A stretch of 24,703 nt of DNA. Origin: an uncultured bacterium (lineage in GTDB: Bacteria; DYJV01; JALVYZ01). The stretch is taken from positions 1-24,703 of the forward strand of contig CAZQKL010000018.1 of the NCBI GenBank assembly GCA_964593895.1, read 5' to 3'. The notes beneath the pieces were generated by a model. It made no database searches and was not told the origin of the DNA. It was given only the letters and a program-made list of their open reading frames with translations. Made by a program: the position numbers and the translations under genes. Positions 1 to 8,513 of this stretch are shown here, piece after piece (the stretch's first letter is position 1; each line of letters opens with the position of its first letter).

Positions 1-1030
1 TATATCGCAAAAATTTTTCAAAATCTTTTGCTAAAATCTCTTCTAAATATCTTCTATTAAATGCTCCTGTTAAGCCATCAATTATTGATAACATTACCGC
101 TTTATTTATCAATCTTTCCACATTAAATAAAATGTTTAAGTTTTTTTTTAAAATTTCATTTACAATTGGATATTTTGATTTTCTTTTATGATAGATAAAA
201 ACTCCATAATTGTATGAATTTTCATAAAAAAATTTAAAAGATGTTTTATTAAGAGAAATATTATCATTTTGATTTTTTAAATTAAAGCTATTGAAAATTT
301 TGACATTTATATTATTTAAAATTTCTGGATTATTTGTAAGTGAAATGATGTCTTCTTTAATGTAATTTTTAATTGTGTGAGGGCATGGATAATTTACTTT
401 TAAATATAAAGATTTCTCTTTAAAATTTTCTTTATAAATACCTGCAACCACATAATCGTAAAGGATTTCAAAAAAGGAAAAAACCTTTTTTATAAAATTT
501 TCTTCATTACCAATTTCACCATGTAAATTATAAAGTTCCTCATTTAAAACGTTTTCTTTTAAAATTTCATCAAATAAATCAAGTAAAAAAGATTGAGGAT
601 TTATTTTTTTTAACTTTTTTTTTATTTTTTCATCAACATTTAAAGCAAAATTTTTTAAAACATCTTCAACTTCTTTTACAAGAGTTTGTTCATTTAATCC
701 TTTTACTAAAAACTTTTTGCATCCACATTTTTCTCCCCAAAATTTATCAATTTGAGCATCCTGGCTTGTTAAGATAATTATTGGAATATGGGAAGTGAAC
801 TCATTATGAGTTAATAGAAAACTTAACCCATAACCATTCATTTCAGGCATTACAACATCTGAAATAATTATATCAGGAAATACTTCAAAAGCTTTTTTTA
901 TACCCTCAATTCCATTTTCAGCTTCATAAATTTTTGCATTATACTTTTCAAAAATATTTTTTAAATTTTTTCTTTGAGTTACACTATCATCAACAATAAG
1001 TATTTTTTTTCCATTTATAATGCTTTCCAT
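1..1030 (-). CDS. Response regulator, REC receiver plus ~200-aa linker/unknown domain plus start of GGDEF (diguanylate cyclase); partial, C-terminus lies beyond the window edge
   Basis: Not in the ORF track because it is edge-truncated. Reverse-complement translation from ATG (1028-1030) gives MESIINGKKILIVDDSVTQRK...ISDVVMPEMNG...ILTSQ (CheY-like receiver with acidic pocket), and near the window edge ...IDGLTGAFNRRYLEE, the canonical start of a GGDEF domain. The start abuts the stop of the upstream aminotransferase gene (1031-1033). Confidence 0.75.
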   Translation of the reverse strand, partial: MESIINGKKILIVDDSVTQRKNLKNIFEKYNAKIYEAENGIEGIKKAFEVFPDIIISDVVMPEMNGYGLSFLLTHNEFTSHIPIIILTSQDAQIDKFWGEKCGCKKFLVKGLNEQTLVKEVEDVLKNFALNVDEKIKKKLKKINPQSFLLDLFDEILKENVLNEELYNLHGEIGNEENFIKKVFSFFEILYDYVVAGIYKENFKEKSLYLKVNYPCPHTIKNYIKEDIISLTNNPEILNNINVKIFNSFNLKNQNDNISLNKTSFKFFYENSYNYGVFIYHKRKSKYPIVNEILKKNLNILFNVERLINKAVMLSIIDGLTGAFNRRYLEEILAKDFEKFLRY

Positions 1031-2209
1031 TTACGTTAAGTTTTTTACAAATTTTTCAATTCTTTCTATTCCTTTTAATATTGAATCTTCTGAAATTGCA
1101 AAACTCATCCTAAATGCATTTTCATATCCAAATGCGCTTCCAGGAACAATTGCAACTTTTTCATCCTCCAAAAGTTTTTTGCAAAATTCCACTGAATTTT
1201 TTATATTGCTATTTATTAAAATCTCTGAAATTTCAGGAAATAGATAAAAAGTTCCATCAGGATTTAAACATTTTATTCCTTCAATTTGGTTAATTTTCTC
1301 CACAGTAATCTTTCTTCTTTCCATAAATGTTTTTCTCATTTTTTCAACACAACTTTGGTCTCCTGTAATAGCTTCTAATGCTGCATACTGAGAAATTGAA
1401 GTTGGATTTGATGTAGATTGACTTTGAATTTTTGCAATTGCATTTATTATTTCTCTATTTGCTCCTGTAAAACCAATTCTCCAACCTGTCATTGAATATG
1501 TTTTGGATACGCCATTAATAATTATAATTTTGCTTTTTAAACTTTTTTCTGCCATCAAAATATTACAAAATTCTCTTTCAAAAACTATTTTATGATAAAT
1601 ATCATCTGAAATAACAAAAATATTTCTTTTAAATAAAATTTCAGCCAATTTTTCATATTGCTCTTTTAAAAGCATCATTCCAGTTGGATTACATGGAGAA
1701 TTTATAATAATTGCTTTTGTTTTTGGAGTTATTGCTCTATTGAGTTTTTCAATATTAATTCTAAATTCCTCTTCAAATGTGGTATTTACAATTACAGGTT
1801 TTCCTCCTGCAAGTTCAACCATTGAAGGATAAGATACCCAATAAGGAGCAATAATTATTACCTCATCTCCATCATTCAATAAAACCTGTAAAACATTGTA
1901 AATTGAATGCTTTGCACCGCAGGAAATTATTATCTCCTCTGGTGAAAATTCACAAGAATATTCTCTTGTAAACCATTCTGCAACAGCTTCTCTAAGTTCT
2001 AAAATTCCTCCTGCTGGAGTGTATTTTGTTTTTCCATCTTTTATAGCTTTAATAGCTGACTGTTTTATATTATCAGGAGTATCAAAGTCAGGTTCTCCTG
2101 CACCAAAACTTATTACATCAACTCCTTTTGCTTTTAATTCTTTTGCTTTTGCTGTTACTTCAAGCGTCGGAGATGGTTTTAAATTTTTTACCCTTTCTGA
2201 AAAAATCAT
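1031..2209 (-). CDS. Class I PLP-dependent aminotransferase (aspartate aminotransferase family)
   Basis: 392 aa; ISFGAGEPDFDTP and NGVSKTYSMTGWRIGF (PLP-lysine region) are typical of AspC/AspB-type aminotransferases; AGGAGG Shine-Dalgarno 5 nt upstream of ATG on minus strand (2214-2219). Confidence 0.85.
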   Translation of the reverse strand: MIFSERVKNLKPSPTLEVTAKAKELKAKGVDVISFGAGEPDFDTPDNIKQSAIKAIKDGKTKYTPAGGILELREAVAEWFTREYSCEFSPEEIIISCGAKHSIYNVLQVLLNDGDEVIIIAPYWVSYPSMVELAGGKPVIVNTTFEEEFRINIEKLNRAITPKTKAIIINSPCNPTGMMLLKEQYEKLAEILFKRNIFVISDDIYHKIVFEREFCNILMAEKSLKSKIIIINGVSKTYSMTGWRIGFTGANREIINAIAKIQSQSTSNPTSISQYAALEAITGDQSCVEKMRKTFMERRKITVEKINQIEGIKCLNPDGTFYLFPEISEILINSNIKNSVEFCKKLLEDEKVAIVPGSAFGYENAFRMSFAISEDSILKGIERIEKFVKNLT

Positions 2210-2219
2210 AAAACCTCCT

Positions 2220-3329
2220 TTAATTTTTATAAATTCTCTTTACTCTGTGATTAATATTACAAAAAATTTCATACGAAATTGTGCCTATCTTTTGTGCAAT
2301 ATAATCAACAGAAAGTTTCCCATCTTCATCTCCAAAAAAAATAACCTCATCTCCAATTTTTACATTATCCAAATTTGAAACATCTACAATAATCCAATCC
2401 ATACTCACAAGACCAATTACTTTACATTTTTTCCCATTTATTAAAACTTCTCCGCAATTTGAAAAAAACCTTGTATAACCATCACCATAACCAATTGGAA
2501 TTAAAGCAGTTTTGTAATTGTCTTCAGGAATTATAAATTTTCTTTTATACCCTACACTCATCCCTTTTTTAAATATTTTTATATCAACAACTTTTGAAAC
2601 AAGCTTCATAACAGGTTTTAATCCTAATGTTTTTCTTTTACCTTCATCCCAATATGAACCGTAAAGCATAATTCCTGGTCTCACCATATCAAAGTTTGCT
2701 TCTGGGAAATTAATTATTCCATCACTATTTGATATATGAAAAATTAAATTTTTAAATCCTGCTACATTTAAGTGAGATTTAATCTTTTTAAAATTTTCAA
2801 TCTGCATTAAAGTAAAATTTTTATCCTCATCTGCACTCGGAAAATGAGAATATACTCCTTCAAATTTTATGTTTTTAAATAATTTCAACTTTTCAAGAAA
2901 AAAGTTAATCTCTTCTGGAAATATACCACATCTCCCCATTCCTGTATCAATTTTTAAATGAATTTTTATGCTATCTTTTTCTGAAATATAGTTAAAGCAA
3001 TCAAAACTTGAAAAAGTTAAAATGTAATTTCTAAATCTTTTTGAAATTTCAATATCTTTTTTATAAATTTTTCCAAAATTTAAAACTGTTGCATGAGGAA
3101 GATTTTCTAATATTGTAATAGCTTCTTCTGTTGTAGCAACTCCAAAATGACCAATTCCAAGTGAATATAAAAATTTAGAAATTTGTTTTATACCATGCCC
3201 ATAAGCATCCGCTTTAACAACAGCAAGAATTTTAGTATTTCTTTTTATTAACCTTTTAACAATTTTTAAATTTTCTTTTAAATTATTGAGCTTAATTATT
3301 AATGAAGTTGGCCTTTCCTCAATGTTCAT
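2220..3329 (-). CDS. alr: Alanine racemase
   Basis: 369 aa; N-terminal AVVKADAYGHGI is the PLP-binding signature of alanine racemase; length and C-terminal domain consistent. Confidence 0.85.
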   Translation of the reverse strand: MNIEERPTSLIIKLNNLKENLKIVKRLIKRNTKILAVVKADAYGHGIKQISKFLYSLGIGHFGVATTEEAITILENLPHATVLNFGKIYKKDIEISKRFRNYILTFSSFDCFNYISEKDSIKIHLKIDTGMGRCGIFPEEINFFLEKLKLFKNIKFEGVYSHFPSADEDKNFTLMQIENFKKIKSHLNVAGFKNLIFHISNSDGIINFPEANFDMVRPGIMLYGSYWDEGKRKTLGLKPVMKLVSKVVDIKIFKKGMSVGYKRKFIIPEDNYKTALIPIGYGDGYTRFFSNCGEVLINGKKCKVIGLVSMDWIIVDVSNLDNVKIGDEVIFFGDEDGKLSVDYIAQKIGTISYEIFCNINHRVKRIYKN

Positions 3330-4330
3330 TTATTTTTTAATACTTTTTTTAAAAATTTCTCTTTCAATTTCTGTTTTACTTCTTCTTTTTCAATCTCATC
3401 TTTAAATGGAATAACTCCAGCAGCGTAAGTATTATGTCCACCCCCGCTTCCAATTCCTCTTGTAAGGGAAATTGCAATTTTACCAGCAATTTTTAATCTT
3501 GAACGAGTTCTAATTGAAAAATATAGGTTATTTTCAAATTCACTGAAAACAAGCACCCAGCTTATACCTTTCATTCTTACAAAATAATCTGCAATTTCTG
3601 CACAAATATCTGGATAATCTGCTTTCCCAACATCAGAAATTATAACATTTTTAATAAATTCTGTTCTATTTAAAGCTTCACAAGTCATTTTGTAGTAATT
3701 TTTATTTAATTGAGGATGCTCAATTTTACCAAGATATTTAAAGCACACATAATCGTGAAGAAAATTTATTGCTTCTTCATCTTTATGGGTAAAGTTTCTT
3801 GTAAATCCAGCGGTATCTGTTTTTATTCCATAATATAGTGCAGTTGCAACCCTTTTATTTGGTATAATTTCTAATTTCTTTAAATATTCAGTTAAAATTG
3901 TTGAAGTGCTTCCAATTTCAGGCCTTATATCTACATATTCAACTTTTTTCAAAGATTTTTTTGGAGGATGATGGTCAATAATAATTTTAGGGATATAATT
4001 TTTATTTAAAGGTTGATTTTTTGAGCCAAATTGACTGTCAATAAGAGCAAAATTTGAGTTTCTATTTAATTTTAATTCTGAAAAAGGATAAAGATTTATT
4101 TTTAAAACTCTAACTAATTCTTTATTTTCTGCTCTTCCAATTATTCCATTATAAAAAAGTTTTGATTTTATTTTAAAATTGTTAAAAATAAATTGTAAGG
4201 CAAATGATGCTCCAATGCAATCTGGGTCAGGATTGTTATGAAGAATTATATTCCATCTTTTAGTTTTTCTGATTAATTCTAAAAACTTTTCCATTTCCCA
4301 TTTCTTAACAGTTTTAGATTTAAATTTCAA
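3326..4330 (-). CDS. nrnA: DHH-DHHA1 phosphoesterase, NrnA-like bifunctional oligoribonuclease / pAp phosphatase
   Basis: 334 aa; NIILHNNPDPDCIGASFAL (DHH motif I/II), IIDHHPP (DHH motif III), and GGGHNTYAAG (DHHA1 GGGH motif). 4-nt overlaps with both neighbours. Confidence 0.75.
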   Translation of the reverse strand: MKFKSKTVKKWEMEKFLELIRKTKRWNIILHNNPDPDCIGASFALQFIFNNFKIKSKLFYNGIIGRAENKELVRVLKINLYPFSELKLNRNSNFALIDSQFGSKNQPLNKNYIPKIIIDHHPPKKSLKKVEYVDIRPEIGSTSTILTEYLKKLEIIPNKRVATALYYGIKTDTAGFTRNFTHKDEEAINFLHDYVCFKYLGKIEHPQLNKNYYKMTCEALNRTEFIKNVIISDVGKADYPDICAEIADYFVRMKGISWVLVFSEFENNLYFSIRTRSRLKIAGKIAISLTRGIGSGGGHNTYAAGVIPFKDEIEKEEVKQKLKEKFLKKVLKNK

Positions 4331-6024
4331 TAAATTTTAATCTCGTTATATTGGTTTTTAACCCTTCTTAAATTAATTTTCTTATTAAAAATAATGATAT
4401 TTTTCCCTTTTAATTTTATAAAACCTGGAAGATTCTTTCCAAATCTTTCAGGGTAGTATATATTTGATATTTTAAAATTTGAAATTAAAAATTCTGAACT
4501 TGGAAGAAAAATTTTTTTAAAATTAGTTAAAATTAGCCAATCTAATCTATGAATATTTTTAAAAAGTAAAAAACTCAAAATTAAATTTTTTTGCCCACCA
4601 TCAATTAAAATATTTCTCCCTTTGTAACTTACAACGATAGCTTTTGTTTTTCTTGTTTTAATAATTGCAATTTTATTTGTTAATAAATGATTTTTCGTAA
4701 AGCTTATTATAAAAAATACAAAGCACAAAAATAATATCATTAAAATTTCTTTTCCTTTTTTACCGAAGTAAATCTCCAAAAATACATAAAAAATAAGATA
4801 AATGATAAAAACTTCAAATCCAGTTAGTTTTATTAGAAAAAGAGGTTTTAAAGTTGGTAAATTTTGTAGAATTTTTAAAAAGATGCTAAAATTTAATGCA
4901 AGAATTTTTAATAAAATATTAAAAGGAAAGAATATGTAAATAGCACTTAATGGAATAATTCCAAATGTAAAAAATGGAATGGCAAAAAGATTTACAATAA
5001 TTCCTTTTGGATATATTGCATTAAAATAGTATAAAGAAAGAGGCAAACTTGAAAGAAAACAGATAATTGTTATAAAAAACCATCTTTTTAATTTTAATCT
5101 TGAATAGAAATAAATTATTGAAAAAACAATTATAAATGAAAATTGAAGGGAAATGTTGAAAAATGAAAATGGTTTAGCTATAAAAAATATAAACAAAAGG
5201 AAAATTAAAATTCTAAATGGATTTCTTTTTCTTTTTACAAAAATTATAAATATACCAAAAATTATTAAAAAAAGAGCTCTTATAGAAGGGTAACCACTTC
5301 CAGTTATTAATACATAAAAAATTAAAAATGGGATAGTTGCAATAAATGGTAAAATAAATGAATTTAGTTTTATAAAAAAAATTCTCATTAAAATGAGAAA
5401 AAACAGAAAAACAATTGAAACATGAAGCCCTGAAATAACAAATAGATGGGAAATTCCATTTTCTCTTATTAAGTTTTTTAAATTTTGTGAAAAATCTTTT
5501 TTATCTCCAAGAATTATTCCTCTAAGTAAAGCTTTTATGTTTTCTGAGACATTAATTTTTTCAATTCTATCTTTTATAATCTTCCTATATCTTTCAAAAA
5601 AGGTAACTTTTCTCTTTTCTAATAATTTTATGGAATAAGCTGACGGTAAAAAACCTGTAAAAAGAATTTGCTTTCCAAGAAGATAATTTACATAATTAAA
5701 GCTTCCTGGAATTTTATAATTTTCAGGAATTTTAAAATAAACCTTTTTTAATATTACAAAATCTCCTTTATCCAAATATCTTGATAAATCAGAATTTGAA
5801 TATATTAAAATTTTTCTATTGAATTTGTAATAATTATTTTTTAATTTTAGATAGTTGCAATTTAAAATTAATCTTTTAGAATAAATTTTAGATACAACCC
5901 CTTTAATTTCAATTACTTTTTTATTTAAAAATTTTAATTTTTTCTTTGGTAAAAGAAAGAGATAAGAACGGATAAAAATTAGAAATATTGCAATTAAAAA
6001 GATTAATATTTCTTGCTTTTTCAA
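4327..6024 (-). CDS. comEC: ComEC/Rec2-family DNA-uptake channel protein with degenerate C-terminal metallo-beta-lactamase domain
   Basis: 565 aa, highly hydrophobic with many predicted TM helices; N-terminal DUF4131/OB-like region; competence-domain signature LFVISGLHVSIVF. The C-terminal ~120 aa retain the ILIDGGQ start of the MBL fold, but the HxHxDH zinc motif is replaced by TNFKKIF. Confidence 0.72.
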   Translation of the reverse strand: MKKQEILIFLIAIFLIFIRSYLFLLPKKKLKFLNKKVIEIKGVVSKIYSKRLILNCNYLKLKNNYYKFNRKILIYSNSDLSRYLDKGDFVILKKVYFKIPENYKIPGSFNYVNYLLGKQILFTGFLPSAYSIKLLEKRKVTFFERYRKIIKDRIEKINVSENIKALLRGIILGDKKDFSQNLKNLIRENGISHLFVISGLHVSIVFLFFLILMRIFFIKLNSFILPFIATIPFLIFYVLITGSGYPSIRALFLIIFGIFIIFVKRKRNPFRILIFLLFIFFIAKPFSFFNISLQFSFIIVFSIIYFYSRLKLKRWFFITIICFLSSLPLSLYYFNAIYPKGIIVNLFAIPFFTFGIIPLSAIYIFFPFNILLKILALNFSIFLKILQNLPTLKPLFLIKLTGFEVFIIYLIFYVFLEIYFGKKGKEILMILFLCFVFFIISFTKNHLLTNKIAIIKTRKTKAIVVSYKGRNILIDGGQKNLILSFLLFKNIHRLDWLILTNFKKIFLPSSEFLISNFKISNIYYPERFGKNLPGFIKLKGKNIIIFNKKINLRRVKNQYNEIKIY

Positions 6025-7055
6025 ATCAATTTATAATTTTCTTTTAATTCATAAGATAATCTTTTGGTTAATTCAAAAACTTTTTCAGCATTTTCAGGTT
6101 TCATAACACCTGTGCCACAGCTTGGTGTAATAAAAGAATTTTCAAGAATAAGCTCTTTTTCCAAACCTGCTTTAAGTAAAGTGTTAAGAGCTTTATCAAA
6201 TAAATTTTTTAAATCATCAACTGTTATTTGGTTTATTTTTTCATCATCAGTTGGAACAAATCCCCATGCAAGAAATTTCCCATTTTTTAAAAATTCCTTA
6301 ATTTGTTTTGTATAAAGAAGGAAATTGTCAAGATACCCAAAAGCATCAAAATTTATCAATTTAACACTAGTTTTAAAAATTAAACTCCAATCAGTATTAC
6401 CACAACAATGAATTCCACTTATTCCTTCAATCTCATTAAAACATAAATTAAAAATTTCAATTATTTCATTTTCAGGTAAATTAAAAAATGCTGAACCATA
6501 AGAAACCATATAAGGTTCATCAAAAAAGATAATAATTTTTTTAATTTCATCTTCATTTAAAAATTTTTCCTGCCATTTTGCCTTTTTTGAAATAAGTGTT
6601 GTGATTATATCTTTAAATTCATTGTTGTAAATTATACTTTTTTTATTTTCATCTGTAACTGTTAATCCGAAACTTACAGGCCCTGTAACATGACCTTTTA
6701 CAACTTCTGCTTTTATTTTTCTCTTTTTAAATTCATATAGTCCTTTTGCATACTTTTCTGAAATTTTAAAATATTCAATTTTTTCTTCACTAAAAGAATT
6801 TTCATAAAATTCTTGAATTTCTTCAATTAAATTAGCTTTTGAAGTATCTACATAAATTATTCCTTTTTCAATATCAATTACCCTTCCTGGTAAACCTTCT
6901 GAAAATTGAATATACATGTTTTCATGATTATTTAATTTTGGAAGTTGAGGCCAATATGGAATTTCAGAAAAATTTTTTAGAATCACATCAATTGCATAAT
7001 TAACATCATTAAATGGAACACTTCCAATGCCAATGGGATTTAAGTTTGCTTTCAT
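6021..7055 (-). CDS. Short cobalamin-independent methionine synthase-like protein (MetE C-terminal catalytic domain family / UroD-like methyltransferase fold), core-MetE type
   Basis: 344 aa; IIFFDEPYMVSYG (cf. MetE IQIDEPAL), GIHCCGNTDW (His/Cys zinc-ligand region) and ITPSCGTG (cf. MetE SPDCGL); no N-terminal folate-binding barrel. Confidence 0.55.
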   Translation of the reverse strand: MKANLNPIGIGSVPFNDVNYAIDVILKNFSEIPYWPQLPKLNNHENMYIQFSEGLPGRVIDIEKGIIYVDTSKANLIEEIQEFYENSFSEEKIEYFKISEKYAKGLYEFKKRKIKAEVVKGHVTGPVSFGLTVTDENKKSIIYNNEFKDIITTLISKKAKWQEKFLNEDEIKKIIIFFDEPYMVSYGSAFFNLPENEIIEIFNLCFNEIEGISGIHCCGNTDWSLIFKTSVKLINFDAFGYLDNFLLYTKQIKEFLKNGKFLAWGFVPTDDEKINQITVDDLKNLFDKALNTLLKAGLEKELILENSFITPSCGTGVMKPENAEKVFELTKRLSYELKENYKLI

Positions 7056-7056
7056 T

Positions 7057-7329
7057 CTAATAAATCTTATTCTCTTTTGGAATATCTTTTACTTCTTCTT
7101 TAAATTCCTCTTTTGTTAATTGAAAAATCCTTCTATACCACCGGTCAGTATCATCTTCAAATTTATATTCCACAACTTTATAAAATTTGCTATCATCATC
7201 TTTATCTATGTAATATTTACTAACCGCAAGACCTTTTTTATTTTGAATTAAATCTATCTTAAATCCAAAAAGTTCAACATTTTTTTCCTTTTCTATGTCG
7301 TAGCTTTCTCCTGCATAGATTAAAAACAT
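7057..7329 (-). CDS. Hypothetical small acidic protein (90 aa), first gene of the leftward operon
   Basis: ORF with host-like codon/aa usage, 1 nt from downstream MetE-like gene start; no recognisable motif; Asp/Glu/Lys-rich. Confidence 0.4.
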   Translation of the reverse strand: MFLIYAGESYDIEKEKNVELFGFKIDLIQNKKGLAVSKYYIDKDDDSKFYKVVEYKFEDDTDRWYRRIFQLTKEEFKEEVKDIPKENKIY

Positions 7330-7391
7330 AAAAACTATTTAATCAATATTTTTTCATTTTTCAAGTTTTTATTGAAAATATAATTTTTTAG

Positions 7392-7400
7392 TGATATAAA
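7392..7400 (+). promoter_or_regulatory. Extended -10-like element (TGA TATAAA) 6 nt upstream of the PAS-gene ATG; candidate promoter for a leaderless transcript
   Basis: TG at 7392-7393, hexamer TATAAA 7395-7400, ATG at 7407; no SD-like sequence in between. Confidence 0.3.
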
Positions 7401-7406
7401 ATTTTT

Positions 7407-8474
7407 ATGAAGACTTACTTTTTACCAGCTGAAAGATTACCAAAAGAGGATGTATTAAAACAATACAAACATATTATTTCAAATCTTCAAATTGAAGTAA
7501 TTAACGCAATTCCTGAAATTGTTATAATTTTAAATAAATTTAGGCAAATTGTTTTTTGTAACAATAAGTTTTCTCAATTTTTAGGCAAAAAAGTTGAAGA
7601 TATTCTTGGTTATAGACCTGGAGAAATATTAAACTGTGTGTATTCTACTGTAAATGAAGGAGGTTGTGGCACTTCAAAATTTTGCAAATTATGTGGAGCT
7701 GCAAATGCTATTCATTCAGCTTTACAAGGAGATGAAAAAGTTGAAGAATGTAACATTCTTACAAAAAATAATAAAAATTTTATTTTTAAAGTTAAAACCA
7801 CTCCAGTAAAAATAGGTGGAATAAATTATCTTCTTTTTACAGTTAAAGATATTGAAAATGAAAAAGCTTTAAAAACGTATCAGAAACTCCTTTTTATTGA
7901 CATTATTGAAAAAATTTCTGAAATAAAAATCGCAGCAAAAGTATTTTTAAATGAAAAAGGTTTTAATGTTTATATAGATAACATTGTTTCAATTTCTGAG
8001 GAAATTATTGATAAAATCAATCTTCAAAAGCTTATTATTTTAGCTGAAAATAATGAATTAAAAGTTTTTCCTAAAAAAATAGATTTAAAAGAATTCTTGA
8101 TTGATTTTATAGCATATTATCCTGAAAGATTAACTCTTTCTAAAAATGCTTCAAATTGTGAAATAATTACAGATGTGAATTTATTAAGAACAGTTCTTGA
8201 AATAATAGTGAAAGGAATTCCTAATGCAGAAAACAGTAAAGTTTTATTAAATATCATATGTAATGATGAAAAAAAGGTAATAAAAATTCATATTAAAAGA
8301 TTTTTATCATTAGAAATCCAGTTTGATATCTTTAAAAAAGAGACTAATTCCAATTTTAATTTTTATCTTGCAAAGGTTATTGTTGAAGATTACTTAAATG
8401 GCAAATTTTACTTTGAAACAGATGAAAAAATAGGCACAATTTTTTATATAGAACTTTACAATTTAGAAAAATAA
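7407..8474 (+). CDS. PAS-domain sensor protein with a Cys4 insertion and degenerate HATPase_c-like C-terminal domain (apparent pseudo-histidine-kinase)
   Basis: 355 aa; PAS-like core (IVIILNKFRQIVFCNNKFSQFLG...GYRPGEIL...FIFKVKTTPVKIGGINYLLFTVKDI) interrupted by C-x9-C-x5-C-x2-C (CVYSTVNEGGCGTSKFCKLCG); C-terminus shows N-box-like DVNLLRTVLEIIVKGIPNA and terminal GTIFYIELY strand, but no DxGxG/GxGxG ATP lid and no phospho-acceptor His box (FIDIIEKISE where HE[LM]RTP would be). Confidence 0.5.
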   Translation: MKTYFLPAERLPKEDVLKQYKHIISNLQIEVINAIPEIVIILNKFRQIVFCNNKFSQFLGKKVEDILGYRPGEILNCVYSTVNEGGCGTSKFCKLCGAANAIHSALQGDEKVEECNILTKNNKNFIFKVKTTPVKIGGINYLLFTVKDIENEKALKTYQKLLFIDIIEKISEIKIAAKVFLNEKGFNVYIDNIVSISEEIIDKINLQKLIILAENNELKVFPKKIDLKEFLIDFIAYYPERLTLSKNASNCEIITDVNLLRTVLEIIVKGIPNAENSKVLLNIICNDEKKVIKIHIKRFLSLEIQFDIFKKETNSNFNFYLAKVIVEDYLNGKFYFETDEKIGTIFYIELYNLEK

Positions 8475-8513
8475 TGCTAATTACGAGCCAAAAAATTAAA
8501 AGGAGGGAATAAG

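Noticed and set aside
604-630. T8/T9/T6 homopolymer runs inside the REC-GGDEF coding region as possible slipped-strand phase-variation sites
   Set aside because: They encode a Lys-rich linker (KKKLKKI); A/T runs of this length are common throughout this ~28% GC sequence (e.g. also in clpA at ~13290-13312), so no specific evidence for programmed variation.
1020-2378. Plus-strand ORFs 1020-1247 and 2019-2378
   Set aside because: Lie antisense within the aminotransferase/alr genes; low-complexity Phe/Ile/Ser-rich translations typical of antisense reading of AT-rich genes.
6064-6315. Plus-strand 83-aa ORF
   Set aside because: Antisense inside the MetE-like gene; no motif, no RBS.
7330-7406. Strand-switch point considered as a possible replication origin
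   Set aside because: Only 77 bp, no TTATCCACA-like DnaA boxes on either strand, no dnaA/dnaN nearby; more simply a divergent promoter region.
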